Origin: a virus
Taxonomy: Duplodnaviria; Caudoviricetes
DNA: 50,093 nucleotides
IMG/VR virus record: IMGVR_UViG_3300020122_000466
Coordinates: 1-50,093 of that record
Reading direction: 5' to 3' (one strand)
The notes under the pieces are model-generated. The model worked only from the letters and a program-made list of their open reading frames with translations. It did not search any database and was not told the origin of the DNA. This document shows, piece by piece, positions 9,286 through 19,931 of the stretch. The position numbers and the translations under genes were made by a program. Position 1 is the first letter of the stretch. Every line of letters starts with the position of its first letter.

Positions 9286-9966
9286 ATGGCTGCGATCCCC
9301 TGCCAAGATTATGTCACTGAGGCCCCAGGGCTGGTGCCCAAGCGCATCGAGCGCACCAACCCGGATGCGCTCCGTAATCGCTGGGTGAACTTCATCCTCT
9401 CCCTTGATCTCAGCCCGGAGCAGAAGGATGCGCTTGGTGAAGGAGTGGGTGCGTGGAGCCTGTGGGACGTGCCCGCCACCCACTGCGCGCAAATCGATGA
9501 TGACCGTGGAGAAGACCTGATTGCGTTCAGCATCATGGACAATGTGTTTTGGTTCGACTGGACTCGCACCCAAGATGAGTGGAGCTGGAATGCGTTTGCG
9601 CCCATCCACCACCTCATTCGGATTGGTCCCCTCCCTTCCAATCCTACTGAGACTCAACCTCAGGGTGGCTTTGACCTCGCAGCGCTCAAGCGCATGGTGG
9701 AGTTCACCTTCACTCTGAAGGATGGGGATACGGGGGCACCTGGCGCCATTTGGACGGTGACGGTTGGGGAATGGGACCGGGAGGAAGCCACCTCCCGTAC
9801 CGGGCGCCGGGCCACTGCTGAGAGGATGCGCACCCAGATTAGTGTGAAAGGGCGCGCCTTCATCATTACCCTAGAGCACAGCGCCAATGAGCCCGTGCAC
9901 ATCGACCACTGGCACGCCGCCTGGGACCTCGTGGGCAGGCGGGTGCGCGAGGCAGGGATCGTCTAA
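9286..9966 (+). CDS. gp10 / tubular protein B-like hub, putative C-terminal part
   Basis: Start ATG 9286; ILSLDL..GAWSLW then IRIGPL..GFDLAALKRM..KGRAFIITLEH resembles the last propeller blade and C-terminal sandwich of this family. Confidence 0.55.
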   Translation: MAAIPCQDYVTEAPGLVPKRIERTNPDALRNRWVNFILSLDLSPEQKDALGEGVGAWSLWDVPATHCAQIDDDRGEDLIAFSIMDNVFWFDWTRTQDEWSWNAFAPIHHLIRIGPLPSNPTETQPQGGFDLAALKRMVEFTFTLKDGDTGAPGAIWTVTVGEWDREEATSRTGRRATAERMRTQISVKGRAFIITLEHSANEPVHIDHWHAAWDLVGRRVREAGIV

Positions 9967-10409
9967 TGGCCATCAACCATCGCGATGAGGTGCGCACTGC
10001 GCGCCGGATCCTCAACAATAAGGCCACGACGCTGGGCATCACCATGGACAGCGAGCGCCAGCAACCTGGCGCCAACCAACGCACCCTCTCCTTTCAAGCG
10101 CTCAAGTTAGTTAATGATGCCACCCCTCGTGCCGACCGCGAGCAACTCCAGCTTGATGATCCCCCTGCTGGCGCCTTCAACGGGGGGAACACCGCCTTCA
10201 CCCTCTCGCGTCCCGTCACAGGCCTAAACATTCACGTGATTTGGGGGGATAGCGCCACCCCCCAAACCCTCCCGCTCATCAAATCCAACACCAACCCTCC
10301 CACCACAGGGGAGTTCTTCTTCGATCCGGGCGACCCCACCCACATTGTGGTTGGAAACCCCCCGCTTGCGACTGATAGACTGATCGCCATCTACCGAGTC
10401 GATCAATAG
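9966..10409 (+). CDS. Putative tail-associated protein
   Basis: 147 aa; GAFNGGNTAFTL motif common in phage tail structural modules. Confidence 0.55.
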   Translation: MAINHRDEVRTARRILNNKATTLGITMDSERQQPGANQRTLSFQALKLVNDATPRADREQLQLDDPPAGAFNGGNTAFTLSRPVTGLNIHVIWGDSATPQTLPLIKSNTNPPTTGEFFFDPGDPTHIVVGNPPLATDRLIAIYRVDQ

Positions 10410-10418
10410 GAGTATGCC

Positions 10419-11402
10419 ATGGCACTCTTTCAAGGTGGTCCCCTCATCCAAGGTAGCAACACTGGGGGTGGGTTTGGTGGCACTGGCCAACTGGGCTCCA
10501 TTTTCAGCCAGTTCTTGAAGGCACCCAACGCGCCCATCAGGCCTGCCCAAGTGGGCCTCCCTTCACCCGGGGATTATGGGACCCCTGGGACCGCACCCAC
10601 CATCGCGGATCCCTCCAAAGGGAACTATGGCCTGGATCCCACCGATAAGGCGAACGCGCAACGGGGGATTGAGGAAGCGGCAGCCAACGCTGCTGAAGCC
10701 CATTTTGGGTTCGATAACCCCATGAAAACGGGAGCTTTCGCCACCCTCATGAACCAAGCGAATGAGTTGACGGGGGGTGCGCAACAAGCGGCTGCCATGC
10801 AAGCGAAGGATGCCGCGCAGCGCCGGGGCTATGCAGGGGGATTTGAGGATAGCTCCCGTTCAGCTTCCATCGACAAAATGAATGCCCTCGCCACCGCAGG
10901 GTTCGCGGGCGCTGATTCCATCCGCAAAACTGAAGGGGATATGTATGGGAAGGCCATTGGCGCCTTCACTGCCCTTCAAGACTCCTACAATCAAGCGGAA
11001 GCGGCTGGGAACACCGCCTTCGCCCATGATCTCACCACCACCCACATTGAGAATGCCGCCAATCAGTTGAAGACCATGGATCTAAACCAGCAACAACGCG
11101 CCCACTATGGGGATGCGCTCAATCAAGCCCGTCAGCTCCAAGCCCAGCTCAATGAGCAATTCAATAAAGATCAGATTGATAACTCTCGGTTCATTCAAGG
11201 GAATGCGCAGATTGCCGCCCAATTGCAGGCGACCATGGCCACCCTCGGTGAGAAAGCCCGTGAGTTCAACATCAGCGCTGGGCAGCAGCAGCAACAGTTT
11301 GGCGAGGGCCAGCGCGAGTTCAATGTGACCCACCAAGATGCGGTGGATCGCTCCCAGCGCCCCCGTGGGGGGCCTGGTGATCAATTCCTTGGCTTAGCGT
11401 AA
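10419..11402 (+). CDS. Putative internal virion/ejection protein
   Basis: 327 aa Gln/Ala/Gly-rich coiled coil, AAQRRGYAGG segment, repeated GExxREFN. Confidence 0.6.
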   Translation: MALFQGGPLIQGSNTGGGFGGTGQLGSIFSQFLKAPNAPIRPAQVGLPSPGDYGTPGTAPTIADPSKGNYGLDPTDKANAQRGIEEAAANAAEAHFGFDNPMKTGAFATLMNQANELTGGAQQAAAMQAKDAAQRRGYAGGFEDSSRSASIDKMNALATAGFAGADSIRKTEGDMYGKAIGAFTALQDSYNQAEAAGNTAFAHDLTTTHIENAANQLKTMDLNQQQRAHYGDALNQARQLQAQLNEQFNKDQIDNSRFIQGNAQIAAQLQATMATLGEKAREFNISAGQQQQQFGEGQREFNVTHQDAVDRSQRPRGGPGDQFLGLA

Positions 11403-11411
11403 GCCAGTGGT

Positions 11412-13235
11412 GTGCGCCCCCTTGCCCTCCTCTGTTTAGTCATTCTCCTCATCCTCGCGAGCCCAGCATGGGCAACGGTGGATGGTGGAGCTACCTACAC
11501 CACCTCTGGTGGGAGCACGAGTAGCACTGTCACCGTGGCCTGTGGGCAATCCAATTGCGTCGATAACTCTGCGCCCACTGACTCTACCTATTGGGGGCTG
11601 AGTGACACCCTGACGGATTGTGATGTCAGCGTCGAACTGAGCAATCCTCCTGGTGTAGGGAAGTCCTACACGGTGGCCGTTGCGTATGGCACCAGTGCCC
11701 TGCTCGCTGCGAGTGACTGCGTGATTGACGACAGTCTCATGTCGAGCGCGTCTGTTGGCAGCATTGCCAATACTCAACAAGAGTTAACAGGTAATGTCAC
11801 CTTATCAGGCAATGCGGCGGCGGGCGCCTGCATGAAACTTACCTTTGCACCAGTCAGTACACCCGCAACTGGGGTCGTACGCGCGACCCTCACTTGTCAC
11901 ACCACCGCCTCTGGCGCTGATGGCTTGATGGGGTTCAACACCGCTTCCACCTCAAGCTTTAGCTCTAGTGGTGGGTTCCTTGGGCCTGCGCAAACCGGCG
12001 CGACCGCTACACTTCGCAACTATTGGATCGCCCCACGAGATATCACCAAGTGTGCGGGGTCTCTCGCGATTTCCACCAATAACTTTAGTGGGAGTCCGCG
12101 CAAGTTCCAGTCACATGTCTCTTCCACTGCTCTTACTACTGCACAGAATTGCTTAGATATCGTCACCTACAATGATGTCGATCAGTGTAGTGTGGCGACA
12201 AACCAACGCTCCTGTAAGTTTACTTCTACGGCGCTCGCGATTACTGCCCATAAATGTTTCGATGTCAGCCTTGTTGTCCCTGCTAACGCAACCACAGCGC
12301 AAGTCGCCTCCTTCTCATGTACAACCGATGCCGCTGGCACACCACAAACTGGCGCAAATATCTATGCGTTCGCGGCGAATGAGACGAATACAGGGACCAC
12401 CTTTTGTGGCCTTAATTTTAATAATGGAGATCAGTGTGCCACGACCAATACCGATGCCACCACCTTCACCCTCGCCAAAGCTATCTCCACACTGCATGGA
12501 GGTGTAGCCCTCACGACTGCTCCGGATGGAGTGAAGACGATTGCGGTCGCGTTGCGCTGTTCGAGTGCTGCGGCCAGTTCCCAAACCTGTGCGGCTGCTA
12601 TTGCAGCGAGTTCTACGGACACCGCGCTTTGTACAATCGCGGCGGGCAATAAGAGTTGCTTTTGGACAGGTGTCGCGGGTTCGAGTCAAAAAGGGGCGTG
12701 TTGTACCTTTGTGCTGACACCATCCGCCGCCTTGGCTGTCGCGCCGGGTAATCTCACTCTAACGTTGGAAGCGGAGAATGGACCAGATACCACACCCACT
12801 CCTACTCTGACGCCGACGCCTACGCTGACTCCCACGCCGACTGTCACCCCAACCTCAACATTGACACCAACTCCAACGGTAACTCCGACCCCAACCCCTA
12901 CACGCACCCCTACGCCCACTTTGACCCCTACTCCGACAGTCACGGCGACCCTAACCCCAACGCCCACGGTGACAGCCGTGTTGACCGCCACGCCAACCCT
13001 CACGCCCACACCGACCGTGACCGCAACCTTAACCCCAACCCCGTCAGTCACGCGTACGCTCACTCCGACCCCTACACCCACTTCAACGCCAACGGTGACC
13101 CCAACCCGCACCGTCACGCCTACTGCCACCTGTCCCTTTCCCACCCCCTGTTTCTTTGGCAATAGCGTCTGTGTCGCCACCCCAACGCCAAGCATGACCG
13201 GGTTGACCCCCACTGCCACGCCCACGGTCCAATAA
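11412..13235 (+). CDS. Signal-peptide-bearing Cys-rich protein, three repeated beta domains plus Thr/Pro tail
   Basis: [21 protein letters not shown] signal peptide; many Cys; TP tract from about 12787. Confidence 0.75.
   Translation: MRPLALLCLVILLILASPAWATVDGGATYTTSGGSTSSTVTVACGQSNCVDNSAPTDSTYWGLSDTLTDCDVSVELSNPPGVGKSYTVAVAYGTSALLAASDCVIDDSLMSSASVGSIANTQQELTGNVTLSGNAAAGACMKLTFAPVSTPATGVVRATLTCHTTASGADGLMGFNTASTSSFSSSGGFLGPAQTGATATLRNYWIAPRDITKCAGSLAISTNNFSGSPRKFQSHVSSTALTTAQNCLDIVTYNDVDQCSVATNQRSCKFTSTALAITAHKCFDVSLVVPANATTAQVASFSCTTDAAGTPQTGANIYAFAANETNTGTTFCGLNFNNGDQCATTNTDATTFTLAKAISTLHGGVALTTAPDGVKTIAVALRCSSAAASSQTCAAAIAASSTDTALCTIAAGNKSCFWTGVAGSSQKGACCTFVLTPSAALAVAPGNLTLTLEAENGPDTTPTPTLTPTPTLTPTPTVTPTSTLTPTPTVTPTPTPTRTPTPTLTPTPTVTATLTPTPTVTAVLTATPTLTPTPTVTATLTPTPSVTRTLTPTPTPTSTPTVTPTRTVTPTATCPFPTPCFFGNSVCVATPTPSMTGLTPTATPTVQ
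12787..13232 (+). repeat. Thr/Pro low-complexity coding repeat
   Basis: [13 protein letters not shown] units with varied codons. Confidence 0.85.
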
Positions 13236-13236
13236 G

Positions 13237-16200
13237 ATGAGCCGCGCCCGCACCCTCGTCATCCAACTGCTCACTTATGTGGTGTGGCTCGTCTTCCTTG
13301 GGGTGCTGGTGCACTGGGTGCTGAGCCCCATGGCCGCTGTGGGGGAAGTGATCACCCCCAGCGAGCTACAGGCACCAGGGCAGGTGCCCGGCCTGTTTGA
13401 CTGCCCCACCTATAACAAGAACGAGTTTAAGTGGCAGAACTTCTGTGGAGGGCCCACTGGCCCCGGCCAATGCTTCAGCCTCCCCTGTGTGAACAAGTTC
13501 TGCTTCCAACCCCGCCCCTGCGCCAGTGGCCAGTTTGCCTACGCGGTGGGGAAGAATGGGGATGCGATCTGTGCCCCTGTGATACAGGTGACGGCTACAG
13601 GGACCACCCCCACGGCAACACCAACCATTACGAGCACCGCTCCTACGGTGACCCCTACACCAACGGTAACCCCAACCTTCACCCCTCAACTCACGCCCAC
13701 ACCGACCGCAACTCCTACCGTGAATGTGTGTGTAGACATCCTCGCGTGTGTCACTCCCACACCAACGCCTACTGTTACGGTGACCCCAACCGCGACGAAG
13801 ACAGCCACCCCTACGGTCACCATCACCCCGACACCCACGATCACCGCAACCCCCACCGTCACCCCGACGCAGACTACAGTGGCCACGCCCACCACGGGCC
13901 CAGTGTTGGGCATCAGTGGGAATGATCTGGTCTTCACTTTCCAGAACTATGTAGAGTTATTAAGTAACTCTCTCTATATTAAGTTTGATGCCGCTGATCT
14001 TGGGAAACCTGCGGACATCATCCACATTGAGTTGATCCCGAGCGCCACTCCAACCCCCACACCCACTCCTACACGTACGGTCACCTTCACTCCTTCCCCT
14101 ACGGTGACCCCAACGAAGACCCTGATTGGCACCAGCACCCCTACGGTCAGCTCGACACCTGCGGCCACTCCCACCCCTACGTTTACGCCCAACACCGTGA
14201 GCATTCCCATCATGTTTGGGGTGTTCAATGCCTCCAATAGCATCACCCAGTTCTTCTCGTTGAATGGCTCATCGAGCGCGACCGAGAATAATCTCCGCCA
14301 TGCGCTCCAACTCGACACCTTCAGTGGCGCGGCCACCGAGTTCTGGTGTGAGGTGGGCACCGCTCCCGGTACGGGCACCAAGTGGACCTTCACCCTACGC
14401 GTGAACAACGCGGATAGTGCGATGAGCTGCGAGATCGCCAACGCCGACACCACCTGCCGGAACACGGTGCCGGTGGTTCCAGTCAACGATCAAGATACCA
14501 TTGATATTTCGAGTGTGCCTTTTCAGAGCCCAGTAGGAGCAGCGGGCACCAAGTGTGGATTCACCCTTCGGTTGAAGGTGCAGCAGGCCACCCCCACACC
14601 CAGTCCGACGGTTACCCCTACACTGACGCCAACACCGACAGTAACGGCGACGAAAACCGTTACCCCTACGATCACCGCTACCCCAACAGTGTCGGCAACG
14701 GCCACCTTGCGCCCTACGGCCACCCTCACCGTGCGCCCTACGGCCACCGCTGTAGGGACCACTGGCACCCCACTACCCACTCCTGCGATTGTGGTCCCTC
14801 TCCTCGAATCCAGTGGGTACATTTTCAGTGCCACCAACACCCAATTCATGTGGGGCACCTCTGACACTGATCTAAGCAGTGGGCATCATGTGGTTTCCAC
14901 TTCTGAGGCCCTTGTTCAAGCGCAGATTGCGCTCGCGGGCACGACCGGCACCCTCACCGATCTGACCTGTAACATGCCCCTCGGGGCGCCAGGCGTTGGG
15001 GGCCGCTTTACCATGACCGTGCGCATCAATGGGGTCTCCTCCACCTTGGTGTGTGCCATTGCTAATCTGGACACCACCTGCACCTCCGATGTGTTCGCGG
15101 AGAAGTCCGTGGTGGATAGCGATAAGCTCGCGATTCAGATTGTGCCGAGTGCGGTTAATAGCGCCAATCTGCCCTTGTTGATTAACTGTGGAGTGGCGCT
15201 GAAGGTCGCGAATCCCACGCCCACGGTCACCACGAGTCCCACACCCACGGTGACGGTGACGCCAACAGCTACCCTTACGCCAACACTAACAGTGACGCCC
15301 ACAGTCACCGCAACTCCAACGGTTACTCTAACCGCAACCCCCACCGTGACGCCTACACGGAGCCCAACCCCTACATTGACACCCACGAAGACGGTCACTC
15401 CTACCCTAACGATTGGGGTGACCCCTACAGGGCCTGCAGCGACGCGTACCGTCACGCCATCCCCAACCCCAACTGTGACGGCGACGAAGACTGCGACGGC
15501 CACCCGCTCGCCTACTCCTAGCTTGACCCCTACGCCTGAGAGCAGCCCGGTGGCACCCACCTACATGGCGCTCCCTGCAGGCAATGGTGCAGTGGGGGTG
15601 CTCTACGCTAACAATAACCAGGATGGCGCCACCATCAGTCGCCACTTGAAGTGCAGCGCGTTCATCCCCCAATACACTTTGACGAACATCCAAACCATTC
15701 AGTTCCGTATTGGGCTTGGAGGCACCACCGTCAATAACAACTGTGGCATCGCCATCTACGCGCAGCAGTCCACAGACCTTGATGAATATCAGGTAGCGAC
15801 GACGGGGATGAAGAGCTGTATGGACATGTCCCAGACATGGACCCAATCCTTTGCCGCAGTCTCTGTTCCTCCCTGTACAAGTGATAGCGATTGCACTCCG
15901 TTGTCTGGGACTGGACCGATGCTCTGCCAACCCAACTGTTATGATCCTAGTGGAGTTGCCCCTCCAAATAATCTTACATATGTGCGGACAATCTCCCCAT
16001 TAAATGGTCCTTTCACCCTCTATCAAGGTGTGAAGTATTTCTATTGCTGGACCGCTGTGGGCACCTCTAGTAGCAACCAGTTCTTCGTGAGCCCCGCTAC
16101 CTCTGGTTTTGAATTGCTTGGTAATCCCAACGGTACGAGTGCTACGGATGTCAACAACAATGGTGAGGCTACCAATCTTGCGACTACAACCAATATGCCA

Positions 16201-16275
16201 GGCCAGCTCGCAGGGATTGCCGCCACTGCTGGCACCCCGCCAGCTAGCTCAGCCCTTGTGGTGTTAAGTCAATGA
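13237..16275 (+). CDS. Large exported/anchored Cys-rich fibre-like protein with four Thr/Pro tracts
   Basis: Hydrophobic N-terminus; [18 protein letters not shown] fibre-type motif; two APG...C.IA..DTTC domains; TP tracts near 13600-13900, 14040-14190, 14590-14785, 15210-15540. Confidence 0.75.
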   Translation: MSRARTLVIQLLTYVVWLVFLGVLVHWVLSPMAAVGEVITPSELQAPGQVPGLFDCPTYNKNEFKWQNFCGGPTGPGQCFSLPCVNKFCFQPRPCASGQFAYAVGKNGDAICAPVIQVTATGTTPTATPTITSTAPTVTPTPTVTPTFTPQLTPTPTATPTVNVCVDILACVTPTPTPTVTVTPTATKTATPTVTITPTPTITATPTVTPTQTTVATPTTGPVLGISGNDLVFTFQNYVELLSNSLYIKFDAADLGKPADIIHIELIPSATPTPTPTPTRTVTFTPSPTVTPTKTLIGTSTPTVSSTPAATPTPTFTPNTVSIPIMFGVFNASNSITQFFSLNGSSSATENNLRHALQLDTFSGAATEFWCEVGTAPGTGTKWTFTLRVNNADSAMSCEIANADTTCRNTVPVVPVNDQDTIDISSVPFQSPVGAAGTKCGFTLRLKVQQATPTPSPTVTPTLTPTPTVTATKTVTPTITATPTVSATATLRPTATLTVRPTATAVGTTGTPLPTPAIVVPLLESSGYIFSATNTQFMWGTSDTDLSSGHHVVSTSEALVQAQIALAGTTGTLTDLTCNMPLGAPGVGGRFTMTVRINGVSSTLVCAIANLDTTCTSDVFAEKSVVDSDKLAIQIVPSAVNSANLPLLINCGVALKVANPTPTVTTSPTPTVTVTPTATLTPTLTVTPTVTATPTVTLTATPTVTPTRSPTPTLTPTKTVTPTLTIGVTPTGPAATRTVTPSPTPTVTATKTATATRSPTPSLTPTPESSPVAPTYMALPAGNGAVGVLYANNNQDGATISRHLKCSAFIPQYTLTNIQTIQFRIGLGGTTVNNNCGIAIYAQQSTDLDEYQVATTGMKSCMDMSQTWTQSFAAVSVPPCTSDSDCTPLSGTGPMLCQPNCYDPSGVAPPNNLTYVRTISPLNGPFTLYQGVKYFYCWTAVGTSSSNQFFVSPATSGFELLGNPNGTSATDVNNNGEATNLATTTNMPGQLAGIAATAGTPPASSALVVLSQ

Positions 16276-18518
16276 AAATACTTCTATTCCTTCTATTGCT
16301 ACTCATCCCCACCACAAGTTGGGCGACGGCACCCTTCCTCCATCCACCAGGGACGGGTAACAACTATGCCCCCTGCTTTCCTGGTGCTGATCATGGTTTG
16401 TACTTTGGCAACACCTGCCTCAATGACTTCAGTCAAGGCGGCCCTGGGGAGTTTTTCTTCGTCAACATGGATCTGGCGATGGCGGCGGAGCAATACACCC
16501 AAACGGGTTCCACGGGCATTGTAAACTATCGGCTGAATGTAGATCTGAGTAAGGCGACCCCTAATCCGACCAACGATGCCCAAATGAACATCTTTGGGTT
16601 TCAGTCGCTGTTGACTGGGGGAGCCACGAACCTTCCGGACACCCGCCCATTCTTCCTTGATTTCACCTATAACAATGCGACCACTGATGGGCATGTAGGG
16701 GGCGTGGTGCCGAGCATGTTTGCCATTCGCTCGACGATCACGACGGGGCGCTTAGCGGGCCTCACGGGGGTGCATATTGAGAGTCCGGTGTATCGTTTTG
16801 TGCAATGTTTAGCGGGCGCAAATGCGGGGGTGGCGTGCACCGATGATAGTGAGTGTCCTGGATCATTCTGTTCAAGTCCTGAACTGGCGTGTGTGGGAGG
16901 GCCGAATCAGGGTGCTTCGTGTAGCATCGATCAACAAGGAGGCATCGCGGATTCCATCTGCCCCTCCAGTTTCTGTGGAAAAGCCTTCGTCAATAGCCTC
17001 CCCGCAGGCCTTATCATTGAGCAACAAGCCATCAGTCCAGCCGCAGGTGAGCGGGGGTTTGGAATCAAAACCCTAGGCTCCACCGATGATTCCTACTTTC
17101 TTGGGCGCATGGCCATCGGAGCATTCCTCAATGAAGGAGGAGACACTACTCTTACTGCTGCCCCCAACGCGCATTTTCTCGTAGAGGGTGGGATTGCGCC
17201 TGGAGATGTACCTGTGGTCAATAGCACCCGCCCCCTCCCGTATCTTCAATATTTCAGTAATCGCACCGAACTCGTCCCCGCCATCGGGAATGTAGTGGTG
17301 CAGGATCTCGCGGTGAACGCGAACTATGGCACGACCACCACCCTTGCGGATCCGCATGTACTGGGTGTGGAACAGAGCACGGTCGCAGGCTCTGCGGTCG
17401 GCGCCATCGCCACTGAGGGCATGGTCAATGTGAACTGTGATGCGACCGCCATCACCCGTGGAGATTATCTGATCACCTCCACCACCGCAGGGTTGTGCAC
17501 CACCAATGGCACCACTCCGCCTCCACCTGGCGCACTCCTTGGGCGCGCCATCACCTCCAAGGGCGCTGGGGTTGGAACAGTGGATGTGTTGCTGAATGTT
17601 GGGGGGGTGAGTGTGCCCACCACTCCAACCGCCACGGTGACTGCAACCCCTACTCCTACGATTACCGTGACACCGACTCCTACGGTGACCGTCACCCCTA
17701 CCGCTACCTACCCTGTATATATTCTTAACACTCCCACGCGCACCCCAACTGTCACGCCAACACCCACTTCAACAGCAACCCTTACCCTTGGTCCTACCCC
17801 AACTGGACCCGCTGCCACACGGACTGCCACCCCTTCACCCACACCCACCAGCACCCTCTCTCCCACACCAAGCCCAAGTCCTACGGCTCCGGTAGAGATT
17901 GGCACTAGCCTTCGTATTGATGGGCAATATCTCTTAGTGCGTGGGGAAAACCAGTTCGCCCTCCTCCAACAAGACACCTATGCCGCCCCTGGAGGGGTGC
18001 TAATTCAAGCAGCTAATGGACTGACCCCGCTGGGTAATGTTGGGAATAATGGTGGAGCGGTGACGCTCCAAAGTGGTGGAGGGACTGGGGTAGCAACTAG
18101 TGGGGCTATCAGCCTCTTGTGTGGCACCCCTGGTTCAAACTGGGTTGGGGGAGACATTGACCTCAAGCCCTCGAAAGGTACGATCACTCCCTTTGGGAAT
18201 CGCATCTACTTTGATAATGCGGCACACCTCGTTGCAAAAGGTGGCAGTGTGCCCACCCTCTCTAGCTGTGGGACTAGTCCGAGTGTGGTCGTTGGCACGG
18301 ATAGCGCGGGCAGTTTCACGGTAGGCTCCGTGGCCACCGGGTGCGTCCTCACCTTCAACCAAACCTGGATCAACGCCCCGCATTGCTTCGCGAACGATCA
18401 TACCTCGGTGATTGCCGTCGGGACCACCACGACGACCACCACCATTACCTTCGACACCGCCACCCTCGCCGCCATTTCGAGCCAAGCCCTTGATTACTTC
18501 TGTATTGGAAATGAATAA
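16272..18518 (+). CDS. Signal-peptide-bearing fibre/receptor-binding-like protein
   Basis: [18 protein letters not shown]; two C.GG.N.G..C...CP.SFC repeats; GMVNV..ITRGDYL..LLGRA module; TP tract about 17616-17890; C-terminal SSCGTSPS..GTDSAG..LTF..APHC module seen in phage fibres. Confidence 0.75.
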   Translation: MKILLFLLLLLIPTTSWATAPFLHPPGTGNNYAPCFPGADHGLYFGNTCLNDFSQGGPGEFFFVNMDLAMAAEQYTQTGSTGIVNYRLNVDLSKATPNPTNDAQMNIFGFQSLLTGGATNLPDTRPFFLDFTYNNATTDGHVGGVVPSMFAIRSTITTGRLAGLTGVHIESPVYRFVQCLAGANAGVACTDDSECPGSFCSSPELACVGGPNQGASCSIDQQGGIADSICPSSFCGKAFVNSLPAGLIIEQQAISPAAGERGFGIKTLGSTDDSYFLGRMAIGAFLNEGGDTTLTAAPNAHFLVEGGIAPGDVPVVNSTRPLPYLQYFSNRTELVPAIGNVVVQDLAVNANYGTTTTLADPHVLGVEQSTVAGSAVGAIATEGMVNVNCDATAITRGDYLITSTTAGLCTTNGTTPPPPGALLGRAITSKGAGVGTVDVLLNVGGVSVPTTPTATVTATPTPTITVTPTPTVTVTPTATYPVYILNTPTRTPTVTPTPTSTATLTLGPTPTGPAATRTATPSPTPTSTLSPTPSPSPTAPVEIGTSLRIDGQYLLVRGENQFALLQQDTYAAPGGVLIQAANGLTPLGNVGNNGGAVTLQSGGGTGVATSGAISLLCGTPGSNWVGGDIDLKPSKGTITPFGNRIYFDNAAHLVAKGGSVPTLSSCGTSPSVVVGTDSAGSFTVGSVATGCVLTFNQTWINAPHCFANDHTSVIAVGTTTTTTTITFDTATLAAISSQALDYFCIGNE

Positions 18519-19306
18519 TGTATAGATATATATTCATTCTATTACTTCTTCCTACTGTGGGCTGGGCCGCCCCCCCAGGCCAAGACACCCTCATCCCCAA
18601 TGCCAAGCGCTTTGGGGATGCGCCCTCCCACCTCTGGCAAACTCAACTCGCTCCTCACCACTATCGATTGTGTTACAACACCGCCCCAGATGGGGGCGGC
18701 ACACGGGAGGATGCCAGCTCTCTGAGTGATGTGCAGTGTGTGGACTTCAATGGGGAGCCCGCTACCAATACCCTGTGCTTAGTAGAAGGGCATGGCATTG
18801 ATAGCGCGGATGGGGCCCGAAACCTACTCTGTGTAGATGTGGTGCGCACCAGTTTTGGCCCTGATCTAGCGCTTGGAGGGGGTGAGGATGCCCGCCTTCT
18901 GAGTCCCTCAGCGAAGGGCACCAGTCCTGAGCGCCAAACCCAAGCGTATGAGCTGCTCTTTCGTACCGAGGACACCCGTATCGCCCTCCAAGCGCCCACT
19001 GCCCTCTGTTTAGGGGTGACCCCCTGGCACGTCCACGCCTGCACCGCCAGTGACGGGGCGCTGGGCACCTTCATTGGTTATGACACCGTGGAAATTGGGT
19101 GGGTGGCAGAAACCCTCGTCTATGCCAGCACCCGGGGGATTGTGCGTGGGGCGCCCTGCACCGGCACCATCAACACCGGAGACCCGGTGACCTTGGGCCA
19201 TACCCTCTTCACCACAGGGCTCTTGGTGCCCCCCTCGTCTACCCCGCTGGTGGGTCATGCCTTGACCCCCTGTGATGGTGCTACCTTAGACTTCCTTCAG
19301 CAATGA
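18518..19306 (+). CDS. Signal-peptide-bearing protein
   Basis: MYRYIFILLLLPTVGWA; C-terminal GIV..INTGDPV..LVGHAL module like that in the previous gene. Confidence 0.7.
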   Translation: MYRYIFILLLLPTVGWAAPPGQDTLIPNAKRFGDAPSHLWQTQLAPHHYRLCYNTAPDGGGTREDASSLSDVQCVDFNGEPATNTLCLVEGHGIDSADGARNLLCVDVVRTSFGPDLALGGGEDARLLSPSAKGTSPERQTQAYELLFRTEDTRIALQAPTALCLGVTPWHVHACTASDGALGTFIGYDTVEIGWVAETLVYASTRGIVRGAPCTGTINTGDPVTLGHTLFTTGLLVPPSSTPLVGHALTPCDGATLDFLQQ

Positions 19307-19332
19307 CAACGCCCCATCAACTGCGCTAGGAT
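19303..19332 (+). promoter_or_regulatory. Possible sigma70 promoter for lysis cassette
   Basis: ATGACA-18 nt-TAGGAT upstream of AAGGAG RBS and ATG 19351. Confidence 0.3.
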
Positions 19333-19350
19333 GCGCGCAAAGGAGACCCC

Positions 19351-19698
19351 ATGCCCAAAGCTCTCGCGGACTGGTGGAACGATCCCACCCACAAAGCGCT
19401 CATCGCGCGCTTCCTCATCTTCATTTTTGGCGCGCTCGTCAAAGCAGGCAAAATTCCCACGGGGTATGAGGGGCTCGGGGATTTCATTGGACCCTTCATC
19501 ATGGGCAGTGCGCTGCTTGTGCCGGCGGGGCAGATGAATGCGAGTGGGGTGGTGACGCACACCACCACTACCACCACGAAGGTGGAAGCGCTCGAACCCC
19601 CCAAGGTGGCGCCCATCGTTGTGCCCGTGAACGCACCTACCCTCCAGCCCACAGTGGTGCGGGGGCCCACCATGCCTCAAACCACTCCCCATCCCTAA
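19351..19698 (+). CDS. Holin-like two-TM membrane protein
   Basis: Two hydrophobic segments and a Thr/Pro-rich tail; upstream of endolysin. Confidence 0.5.
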   Translation: MPKALADWWNDPTHKALIARFLIFIFGALVKAGKIPTGYEGLGDFIGPFIMGSALLVPAGQMNASGVVTHTTTTTTKVEALEPPKVAPIVVPVNAPTLQPTVVRGPTMPQTTPHP

Positions 19699-19931
19699 TG
19701 GACGCCGCTACCATCACCGTCCTGATGCAAAGTATCACCACCCTCGGGGTGGCCTTCATCACCTACATGGGTATCCGGTTCACCAGCACCATTAAGAAAC
19801 TGGAGACCAACACGAATTCAATCAAAGATGCGCTGGTGGAGGTCACCCGCAAGTCCAGTTTTGCCGAAGGGATTCTGGAGGAGAAGCGCCGTCGTCGGGA
19901 ACTTCCCGACGACACAAAGGAGGACAAATGA
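19698..19931 (+). CDS. Membrane-anchored coiled-coil protein (lysis-associated?)
   Basis: N-terminal TM then charged helix. Confidence 0.55.
   Translation: MDAATITVLMQSITTLGVAFITYMGIRFTSTIKKLETNTNSIKDALVEVTRKSSFAEGILEEKRRRRELPDDTKEDK

Noticed and set aside
12787-17890. Thr/Pro tracts as CRISPR array, DGR repeats or VNTR
   Set aside because: No constant repeat-spacer period, codons vary at third positions, and no cas locus or reverse transcriptase was seen.
12686-17977. Minus-strand Val/Gly-repeat ORFs
   Set aside because: Antisense shadows of the Thr/Pro codons.
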